From assembly GCA_021848625.1 (NCBI GenBank), contig JAJZUD010000001.1:3894-67893 (forward strand): a DNA stretch of 64,000 bases, read 5' to 3'. The position numbers and the translations under genes are program-made. Positions 1 to 7,411 of this stretch are shown piece by piece. The first letter of the stretch is position 1. Each line of letters opens with the position of its first letter. The notes beneath the pieces are model-generated. The model ran no database searches. It was not told where the DNA came from and was given only the letters and a program-made list of their open reading frames with translations. Source of the stretch: Pseudomonadota bacterium (GTDB taxonomy: Bacteria > Pseudomonadota > Gammaproteobacteria > Francisellales > CACEW01).

Positions 1-681
1 ACCTTAAATATTGCAGCAAAAAAGTACGGGATTAAATATATTTTCGAGGGTCATTCTTTTAGGACTGAAGGGGTTGCGCCCCTTGGTTGGGCGTACATGG
101 ATGCTAAATACATTCAGAGCGTTTGTAAGCGTTTTGGTCATCGTATAAAATTTAAATCTCTCCCCATGATGTGGTTATCTTCTCAACTGAAGTGGATGTT
201 ATTTAATAGGTTAAAAAAAATTAGACCACTTTGGTATTTGGACTATCAAAAAGAGCCAACTAAAGAATTTTTGACAAAGCAATTTGGCTGGAAATGGTAT
301 GGAGGGCATCATTTAGAAAATCGCACTTGTACTTTCGGTCATACTTATCTTAATCCAAGGCGATTTGATGTGGATCAACGATCGAATGGGTTTTCAGCAG
401 AAGTACGCTCGGGCCAATTAGATAGAGAGTGGGCCATGGCTGAGTTAAGGAAAGCTCCGAAAGCCGAATATGAATCTGTGGATTATTTAAAAAAACGCTT
501 AGGAGTTGATGAAGAGACTTTTTTGGGATTTATGACCCAGTCTAGACGCACTGCTCAAGATTTCAAAACATATAAGCGGACTTTTGAAAGAATGCGTCCT
601 TTCTTTTATTTAATGGCTAAAATGGAGTTAATTCCTTGGACTTTTTATATGAAATATACGGCGAAAAGTGAGAAAAAATGA
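1..681 (+). CDS. N-acetyl sugar amidotransferase (WbpG/LfnA-like), C-terminal part; 5' end is outside the window
   Basis: Frame 1 is open from base 1 (TLNIAAKKYGIKYIFEGHSFRTEGVAPLGWAYMDAKY...), so track ORF 97..681 is only the tail. The pattern GWKWYGGHHLENRTCTFGHTYLNPRRF resembles the C-terminal half of PP-loop sugar amidotransferases found in O-antigen loci. ATGA overlap with the next gene at 678..681. Confidence 0.55.
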   Translation, partial: TLNIAAKKYGIKYIFEGHSFRTEGVAPLGWAYMDAKYIQSVCKRFGHRIKFKSLPMMWLSSQLKWMLFNRLKKIRPLWYLDYQKEPTKEFLTKQFGWKWYGGHHLENRTCTFGHTYLNPRRFDVDQRSNGFSAEVRSGQLDREWAMAELRKAPKAEYESVDYLKKRLGVDEETFLGFMTQSRRTAQDFKTYKRTFERMRPFFYLMAKMELIPWTFYMKYTAKSEKK

Positions 682-1394
682 AGGAATTTTCATTTACCTG
701 GACAAATTTGAAGACTTACATGGAGGCCTATGTGCGGGCGGGCTATCACGTGATTCGGTGTCAGGATTATTTAGATTATAAAAGAAATAATACGAAGCAT
801 AAAATTGTAGTTAATCGAGTTGATGTTGATGTTTCAGTAAAAAAAGTAGAGCGTATTTTGGATATTTTTAGTGCCTTAGATATTAAGGCTACTTTTTTCA
901 TTAGGCTGCATGCCAATGAATATAATGCGTTTTCTTTTGAAAATTATAGAATTTTGAAAGCAGTTCGAGATGCTGGGCATGAGATTGGTTATCATTCAGA
1001 GATTATCGATCAAGCCATGATTTGGCAAGAGAATCCTGCCATCTGCTTGCGACGAGACTTAATACTGTTGAATGAAATGCTGGGTATTAAAACTGTTGGG
1101 GTGGCTAGTCATGGAGGAATGACTGCTCTGAATAATCTTGATTTTTGGAAAAATAATAAGCCCAAAGAATTTGGCTTATTATATGAGGCCTATGATAAAG
1201 AGCCTGAGTTTAATTTGTTTGAAGAGTCATTTTATATCTCTGATTCTTCTTGGATTTATTGGAAAGCTTATCAAAATGGGATCTTGATTCCCAATGACCA
1301 TCGGACGCCTGCTGAACATGCTCAAGATGGGCATCCAGTTATTTATTCTCTGATTCATCCAGAAACTTACTATGATAAACATATTTATGAATAA
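678..1394 (+). CDS. Polysaccharide-deacetylase-like hydrolase (hypothetical)
   Basis: 238 aa soluble protein. The stretch ATFFIRLHANEYN...VRDAGHEIGYHSE...VASHGG is reminiscent of the deacetylase family seen in O-antigen loci. Translationally coupled to both neighbours. Assigned by eye only. Confidence 0.35.
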   Translation: MKEFSFTWTNLKTYMEAYVRAGYHVIRCQDYLDYKRNNTKHKIVVNRVDVDVSVKKVERILDIFSALDIKATFFIRLHANEYNAFSFENYRILKAVRDAGHEIGYHSEIIDQAMIWQENPAICLRRDLILLNEMLGIKTVGVASHGGMTALNNLDFWKNNKPKEFGLLYEAYDKEPEFNLFEESFYISDSSWIYWKAYQNGILIPNDHRTPAEHAQDGHPVIYSLIHPETYYDKHIYE

Positions 1395-2301
1395 GTTAAG
1401 CATAGATACGATGTTAAGCTGCCTTGCAGATTTTGCTATTCATGTGGTGGGTGATAAAACAGGAAAAGAGGTGGTGAGGTTGTCTGCGCCTGATAGAGCA
1501 GATTGTGAAACATTGATTTGGATTGCGTCTGGTAGAGCAGATGCAGAAAAGCTTATTGCGGCCTCAAAAGCTAAGGTTATAATTTGTGATGCTGATGTGA
1601 AAACAGATATTTTTCCAGAAAAATTTTTTATTATAACAGATCAACCCAAACTTGTTTTTTTGCGAATTGGCAACACATTTTTTCAGGAAAAACCAACGCC
1701 AGGTATTCATCCTACTGCAATGATTCATCCTGAAGCAAAAATAGACCCAACGGCTGTTGTTGGCCCTTATGTTTATATTGGTCGTTCAGAAATTGGTGCT
1801 GGGACGGTCTTAGAAGGTCATAACTATGTTTATGATCAGGTTATTCTAGGCAACAATGTAACAATTTTAGCGGGCTGTCACCTGGGAGCGCCAGGCTTGG
1901 GTCATATTTATAACGAAAAAGGTGAGTATGAGAATTTTCCGCATATTGGCCGAGTGATAATAGGAGATGATGTTGAGATTGGAGTGCACAGTTCGGTAGC
2001 AAAAGGGGCATTGGCAGATACAATCATTGGTCAAGGTTGTAAAATTGATTGTCATGTTCAAATTGGTCATAATGTGGTGTTGGAAGAGGATGTATTGGTG
2101 ATGGCGAATAGCATGATTGGTGGTAGTAGTCGTATTAAAAAAAAGGCGGTGATAGCAATGAGCGTAAGTATTGCTGACTATGTGACTATTGGTGAGAGTG
2201 TTCATGTAGGGCCCGGTGCAGTGGTCGTTGCCAATGTGGACAATAATCAAAAAGTATTTGCAAGGCCCGCTATGGTAATGCCAGCGAAGCATAGAAATTA
2301 G
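1372..2301 (+). CDS. LpxD-type left-handed beta-helix N-acyltransferase
   Basis: About 100 aa of non-repeat N-domain is followed by hexapeptide turns (IHPTAMIHPEAKIDPTAVVGPYVYIGRSEIGAGTVLEGHNYV..IGDDVEIGVHSSV..IGQGCKIDCHVQIGHNVVL). This matches the UDP-3-O-acylglucosamine N-acyltransferase architecture, but the gene sits in a glycan locus. Confidence 0.6.
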   Translation: MINIFMNKLSIDTMLSCLADFAIHVVGDKTGKEVVRLSAPDRADCETLIWIASGRADAEKLIAASKAKVIICDADVKTDIFPEKFFIITDQPKLVFLRIGNTFFQEKPTPGIHPTAMIHPEAKIDPTAVVGPYVYIGRSEIGAGTVLEGHNYVYDQVILGNNVTILAGCHLGAPGLGHIYNEKGEYENFPHIGRVIIGDDVEIGVHSSVAKGALADTIIGQGCKIDCHVQIGHNVVLEEDVLVMANSMIGGSSRIKKKAVIAMSVSIADYVTIGESVHVGPGAVVVANVDNNQKVFARPAMVMPAKHRN

Positions 2302-2305
2302 GAGA

Positions 2306-4951
2306 GTGTTAATGCTGAATAAGCAAGGTGATCAGGTTTTTTTAATTGATTCATTAACGGGCCAGGAATATTCTTATGAGGAATTTTATAATGAAGCCAT
2401 CAGTTTGGCCCATTGGCTTGTAAAGCAAGGGTTGAAGGCAGGTAATCGCCTTGCGATTACACTGGATAATTCCGTTTTTTTTGCGAAACTATACTTCGGT
2501 TGCTTATATGCGGGTGTGACAGTAGTGCCCGTAAACCCACAATGGTCAGAGTCTCATACACAATTTGTTTTGACGCATTCAAAAGCTTCTGCTTGGTTGA
2601 TGGACCAAGTACATGCCAAAGCTTATCACTCTTTAGAGCATGCGGTGAAACGTTTGGTTGTTACTTCAGATGTAATTGAAAAAGTAAAAGGGACTGTGCT
2701 TGACTCACCCAGTTTGGAAAATTTAGCGATCATTGTTTATACTTCTGGAACCACGGCAGATCCTAAAGGTGTAATGCATACAGTTGGGAGTTTAGTGAAT
2801 AATGCGCAACTCTTTATTAAAACATTGGGGATTGAAAAGGGACGGCGTTTCCTTAATTATTTACCTATGACTTATTTAGGGGGATACTACAATCTGTTGT
2901 TAATCCCTTATTTAGCAGAGGGCAGCGTGGTGATTGCGCCTGCATTCAATGCGCGTTCAATTCTACAGTTTTGGAAGCCCATTATTCAATATCAGGTTAA
3001 TGTCATTTGGTTTATTCCAACGATTATTTCCATGCTGATGAAATTGGATAAAAATTCAGAGGGTCTTGAATATTGCCATCAAACCAAAATTTTAGGATTG
3101 GTTGGAACGGCGCCACTTAGACCAGAATTAAAGACACAATTTCAGCAACATTATGGCATTGCATTATATGAAAATTATGGCTTGTCAGAGACTTTATTTT
3201 TAACTACTGAATCACCTCTGATTCCAGTTTCCCGCACGAGTGCTGGCTCTATTTTGCCGGGGATAGAATTAAAATTGATGGAACAAGGTGAGATAGGAGT
3301 GAAAACTCCTTACCTCATGCAGGGATATGTTGGCCTCAATGTAGAAGATTTTCTGCAGGGTCAATATTTCATGACGGGGGATGTCGGTGTGCTGACGGAC
3401 GCTGGAGAATTGCGGATTCAAGATCGTAAAAAAGATATGATTATTAAAGGGGGCGTCAATATTAGCCCTGCCAGTATTGAAGCTATAATTTCACAGGTTG
3501 AAGGGGTGGAGTTATGCGCGGTAGTGGGCGTTCAACACGATATTGCTGGTGAGGAAATTATTGGGGTGATTAAGCCACTTTTGGGTTTTGACTTTTCGGT
3601 GTTGAAGAGCAAAATTATCCAATATTGCAGAGAAAAACTAGATACAACGCAACAATTAGATTATTTGTTTGAATTAGAGAACTTTCCTTTTACGGCATCT
3701 GGGAAAATTCAAAAAAATAAAATTAGAGCTTGGGCAGTTGAGAAGCGTAATACAGCTAAGTCAAGTAAGGTCCACCCCTCCATCAAGCCCAATCATTTCT
3801 TTAAAGCCTCGCAAGTTGTTGCGAATATCGATCAGGCAATGTCTATCAAATACAATACCATGGTGTATGAGCGTCAGCAGCGCGGAGAAGAAACCATCGT
3901 CCTCTCGCTTGGCGAAGCTTTTTTTGATATCCCCCTTTTTGACTTTAATGCTTTGCCTATGCCCAAGCTTTACCACTATTGCCATTCTATGGGTATTCCA
4001 GAGTTGCGGCAATGTTTGGCAGATTATTTTCTTTCTGAGTATGATGTCAAGTTTAATCCTGAAACTGAAATTCTGGTAACAGCAGGTTCAAAAATTGCAA
4101 TTTATATGGCAATGCTCGCTATTCTGAATCCGGGCGATGAGGTCTTAATTTATGAGCCAGCCTGGGTAAGTTACACTGAGCAGGTGAAATTATGTTATGG
4201 GGTGCCGGTCGGGGTACCTTATCATGAAAGTGTTTATGATTTTGAGCGGTATATTACCAATCGTACTCGTTTGATTATTATTAACAATCCTAATAATCCC
4301 CGTGGTAGCGTGATGACTTTGGAGGAGCTGTCACATCTCTATCATTTGGCTGAAAAATATAATCTCTTCATTTTGTCTGATGAGGCATATAGTGATTTTG
4401 TACGGGATAAAAGTGAGTTTATTTCACTTGGTAATTTAGATCGGGAGAAAAAACATTCCATTATTGTGAATTCTATTTCCAAAAATTTTGGAATTTCAGG
4501 ATGGCGCATTGGTTACTTGATTGCTAATCCTGCACTGATTCAACAAATTTTAAAGCTGAATCAGCATATGATTACCTGCGCACCTACAGTCTTGTCACTT
4601 TATGTTGCGAAATACTTTTCAGAAATCCTTACGGTTACCAAGCCCCAAATGAAAGAGGTTGTGGAGCGACGTGAACGCTTGCGGCAATATATGGACAAAA
4701 TCGGTTTAAGCTATTTGCCTGGGACTGCGACGTTTTATTTCTTTGTTTCCTTGGGCGATTCGGAATTGGATTCTCAAAAATTTTGCGATCGGCTTCTCAA
4801 AGAAGAGGGTGTTTGTGTAGTACCTGGCGTAGGCTATGGGAAAAGCTGTGACCGTTTTGTAAGGGTTTCTATGTTTGCCGAGGCAGAGCAGCAAGTACAA
4901 AAGGGGCTCGATAAGTTAAAAAAATTAATTAATAAAACGAAGAGGGCTTAA
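2306..4951 (+). CDS. Fusion protein: adenylate-forming acyl/amino-acid ligase (N-terminal, about aa 1-475) plus class-I PLP aminotransferase (C-terminal, about aa 500-881)
   Basis: Ligase motifs: YTSGTTADPKGV, YENYGLSET, FMTGDVG, IQDRKKDMIIKGGVNISPASIE, ASGKIQK. Aminotransferase motifs: NNPNNPRG and SISKNFGISGWRIGY (PLP Lys about K726, codon 4481..4483). One uninterrupted 881-codon frame. GTG at 2306 or ATG at 2312. Confidence 0.75.
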   Translation: MLMLNKQGDQVFLIDSLTGQEYSYEEFYNEAISLAHWLVKQGLKAGNRLAITLDNSVFFAKLYFGCLYAGVTVVPVNPQWSESHTQFVLTHSKASAWLMDQVHAKAYHSLEHAVKRLVVTSDVIEKVKGTVLDSPSLENLAIIVYTSGTTADPKGVMHTVGSLVNNAQLFIKTLGIEKGRRFLNYLPMTYLGGYYNLLLIPYLAEGSVVIAPAFNARSILQFWKPIIQYQVNVIWFIPTIISMLMKLDKNSEGLEYCHQTKILGLVGTAPLRPELKTQFQQHYGIALYENYGLSETLFLTTESPLIPVSRTSAGSILPGIELKLMEQGEIGVKTPYLMQGYVGLNVEDFLQGQYFMTGDVGVLTDAGELRIQDRKKDMIIKGGVNISPASIEAIISQVEGVELCAVVGVQHDIAGEEIIGVIKPLLGFDFSVLKSKIIQYCREKLDTTQQLDYLFELENFPFTASGKIQKNKIRAWAVEKRNTAKSSKVHPSIKPNHFFKASQVVANIDQAMSIKYNTMVYERQQRGEETIVLSLGEAFFDIPLFDFNALPMPKLYHYCHSMGIPELRQCLADYFLSEYDVKFNPETEILVTAGSKIAIYMAMLAILNPGDEVLIYEPAWVSYTEQVKLCYGVPVGVPYHESVYDFERYITNRTRLIIINNPNNPRGSVMTLEELSHLYHLAEKYNLFILSDEAYSDFVRDKSEFISLGNLDREKKHSIIVNSISKNFGISGWRIGYLIANPALIQQILKLNQHMITCAPTVLSLYVAKYFSEILTVTKPQMKEVVERRERLRQYMDKIGLSYLPGTATFYFFVSLGDSELDSQKFCDRLLKEEGVCVVPGVGYGKSCDRFVRVSMFAEAEQQVQKGLDKLKKLINKTKRA

Positions 4952-5935
4952 ATGTTTAATCCGCAGGATGTAGATTTATATCGTAAAGGTGCAGAGACCT
5001 TAGTATTAAATTGTGCGAATTTACAAGCAGGTGAACAGGCTATTTTAATTGCTGATCCAGATACTGCGGCTGCAGGAGCGTTTATCTGTGAGTATGCGGC
5101 ATCAAAGGGTTTGGTGATCGAACAGGTCAATGTGCCTTCTGTAGGGATGCATGGCATGGAACCTCCTGCCGAGGTAGCAGAGAAAATGTGCAAAGCAGAG
5201 GTGATTTTTGGTCTGAGGAAAATGTCGATGGCTCATACCAAAGCTCGGCTCGCCGCTAGTGAAAGGGGGGCGCGTTATTTAAGTTTGCCGGATTATTCTT
5301 TTGCAGTGCTGGCTAGTCCGGCTTTGTATGTGGATTTTAGAGCTTTATCGAAACAGGCTAATCATCTAGCGAATATTTTAACAGCTGGTAAAAAGGCGCA
5401 TTTGACCACGCAGGCAGGAACAGACTTACATCTAGTGCTGGAGGGTCGAGTTGCAAATTCCGCACCAGGTTGGTGTTATGAGAAAGGAATTTTAGCCTCT
5501 CCTCCAGATGCAGAAGTCAATATTCCGCCGGTTGAGCACTTGACAGAAGGAGTGATCGTGGTGGATGGGAGTATTCCTTGCCGTGAATTAGGGCTGCTCT
5601 TGTCACCCTTAAAATTATTTGTGGAGAAAGGTCGCGTCGTCAAAATTGAAGGTGAGAAAGCAGATATTTTGAATCAAATATTTGATCGCTTGAATAATCC
5701 AGCGACTCGTGTGATTGCTGAGTTTGGCATTGGTTTGAATCCTAAAGCAGCCTTAAGTGGAAATATGTTGGAAGATGAGGGTTGCCTCGGGACAGCCCAT
5801 TTAGGGATTGGTTCCAATAAAACCATTGGTGGGCAGAATGATGTCCCTTTTCATCTTGATCATATTGTAAGGCACACTTCGATTAAGATAGACAATCATT
5901 TGTTGATGAAAGATGGGGTTTTACAAGTTGGATGA
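4952..5935 (+). CDS. M29 (aminopeptidase T/PepS)-like protein
   Basis: 327 aa. The C-terminal pattern AEFGIGLNPKAALSGNMLEDEGCLGTAHLGIGSN resembles the M29 signature (..G.N....DEK..GtvH.AlG). Its ATG immediately follows the stop of the fusion gene. Confidence 0.45.
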   Translation: MFNPQDVDLYRKGAETLVLNCANLQAGEQAILIADPDTAAAGAFICEYAASKGLVIEQVNVPSVGMHGMEPPAEVAEKMCKAEVIFGLRKMSMAHTKARLAASERGARYLSLPDYSFAVLASPALYVDFRALSKQANHLANILTAGKKAHLTTQAGTDLHLVLEGRVANSAPGWCYEKGILASPPDAEVNIPPVEHLTEGVIVVDGSIPCRELGLLLSPLKLFVEKGRVVKIEGEKADILNQIFDRLNNPATRVIAEFGIGLNPKAALSGNMLEDEGCLGTAHLGIGSNKTIGGQNDVPFHLDHIVRHTSIKIDNHLLMKDGVLQVG

Positions 5936-6170
5936 TTTATTGGATATATTTAAAGTTTACGCAGTAATTGATGGAATATCTCAGGAATGCCTGTTGGATA
6001 TAGATTATTTGGATGCGAATTTAATGAGCTCAATTGCTTTCGTTTCTTTTGTTGCAGAACTTGAAGAGCGTTGCGGGCTCAATTTAGAGAGTGATATATT
6101 ACAAGATCTGAGATTCCGGAGCCTACGGGGTATTCAATCAATTATGCAAGAACAGGGCTTGGGTAAATGA
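5913..6170 (+). CDS. Acyl/peptidyl carrier protein-like
   Basis: 85 aa. MSSIAFVSFVAELEERCG aligns position-for-position with the ACP core DSLxxVELVxxLEEEFG, placing Ser40 (tca 6030..6032) at the phosphopantetheine site. Confidence 0.5.
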   Translation: MGFYKLDDLLDIFKVYAVIDGISQECLLDIDYLDANLMSSIAFVSFVAELEERCGLNLESDILQDLRFRSLRGIQSIMQEQGLGK

Positions 6171-7411
6171 GAGTTGCCTTAATTAACAATATGAATAACA
6201 ATTTTTTTTCCTTGGCGCGTTATTTACGCGACCGTGGAATCGATGCACACGTGTTTCAATTTGATAGCATTTATAATGGATTTTTGCCTGAAGCAGATAC
6301 CTTCGAAGATGTACAAGAAATTGACTATATCCATTTGATCTCTCAAATTACTTTTCGAGATTTTTTTAATCCCTTTTCTCGAAAAGTAAAGCGAGCGATA
6401 AAAAAATTAAAACAAGAATTAGTGGGTTTTGATGTCGTGATAGGATGTGGTGTCTTAGCTTTTTTTGAAAGGGCAGGCATGCAGCCGCTGGATGTGCTGA
6501 TTCCATACGGTGGGGATGTGTATCAATTAACTGATTTATTTAACTATTCAAGGAAGAAATACTTCCCTTATTCAATGTTAATGCGTTATATCATGAAGTA
6601 TCAGCGTGCTGCCATTCAAAAGGTGCGCTGCACAGTGTCATTCGCTAGCAACGATTTGCATATTGCAGATGCTCTAGCTAATATGGGGAAGCCTTGGATT
6701 GATTGGAATATTCCAATGATTTATCCCATTGCGTGTCCTTCTACTGAAACGCGTTGGGATTTTTTGAAAAATCACGATTTTGTATTATTTAGCCAGATTA
6801 GGCAAACTTGGAAAACAGGCACTGATTATAATGGGAACGACCGCGCCATCGAAGGGTATGCAAAATTTATTAAAGAGCATAATCGTTTCAAAAATCCAGT
6901 ATTTGTGCTATTTGAATATGGGTGTGATGTCAGTGCCTCTAAAGAATTAATTGCAACGCTGGGGATTGAATCTTACATCAAATGGGTGCCGAGTATGAAT
7001 CGTAAATATATTTACTCGGGATTAGATCACGCTGATCTTGTAACTGGTATTTTTAACCCTGAAGTCATTTCTTGTGGGGGAGTGACCTATGAGGCTTTTT
7101 CGCGTTCTGTTCCAGTCATTGGATGCGCAAAGATAGAACGCGGTGGTCGCCATGATCTTCCCCTGCTTCATGCGATGGAACCAGAGGAAATTTGTGCGAT
7201 TCTGACAGATTTTCAAGAGAATCCACTCAAGTATCAGAAGATTGGAAAAAAATCCAAAGCTTGGTTTGATAAAGAAGTGGGGGAGGGTTTAATTGATCGG
7301 TATGTTAAGTTGTTCAGAATATTGAGCGAGGATAAAATGGTAACATTGGATGATCCAAATGGCCCTCTTGCACATCTGAGCTATCAGAATTATGTTAAAA
7401 AACATCTTTAA
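6167..7411 (+). CDS. GT-B fold glycosyltransferase-like protein (putative)
   Basis: 414 aa soluble protein. The N-terminus MRVALINNMNNNFF and the C-terminal GGVTYEAFSRSVPVIG resemble the two Rossmann halves of GT1/GT4 enzymes. Weak assignment. Confidence 0.35.
   Translation: MRVALINNMNNNFFSLARYLRDRGIDAHVFQFDSIYNGFLPEADTFEDVQEIDYIHLISQITFRDFFNPFSRKVKRAIKKLKQELVGFDVVIGCGVLAFFERAGMQPLDVLIPYGGDVYQLTDLFNYSRKKYFPYSMLMRYIMKYQRAAIQKVRCTVSFASNDLHIADALANMGKPWIDWNIPMIYPIACPSTETRWDFLKNHDFVLFSQIRQTWKTGTDYNGNDRAIEGYAKFIKEHNRFKNPVFVLFEYGCDVSASKELIATLGIESYIKWVPSMNRKYIYSGLDHADLVTGIFNPEVISCGGVTYEAFSRSVPVIGCAKIERGGRHDLPLLHAMEPEEICAILTDFQENPLKYQKIGKKSKAWFDKEVGEGLIDRYVKLFRILSEDKMVTLDDPNGPLAHLSYQNYVKKHL

Noticed and set aside
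1867-2292. Antisense or nested ORFs in the track, e.g. 1867..2292(-), 3738..4079(+), 16184..16582(-), 26335..26694(-), 44186..44668(+), 56397..56828(-), 60959..61450(-), 62623..63060(+), 63408..63719(+).
   Set aside because: Each lies entirely inside a longer ORF with clear family motifs. Their translations are low-complexity or Cys/His/Arg-biased with no motifs. They are shadow frames, not genes.
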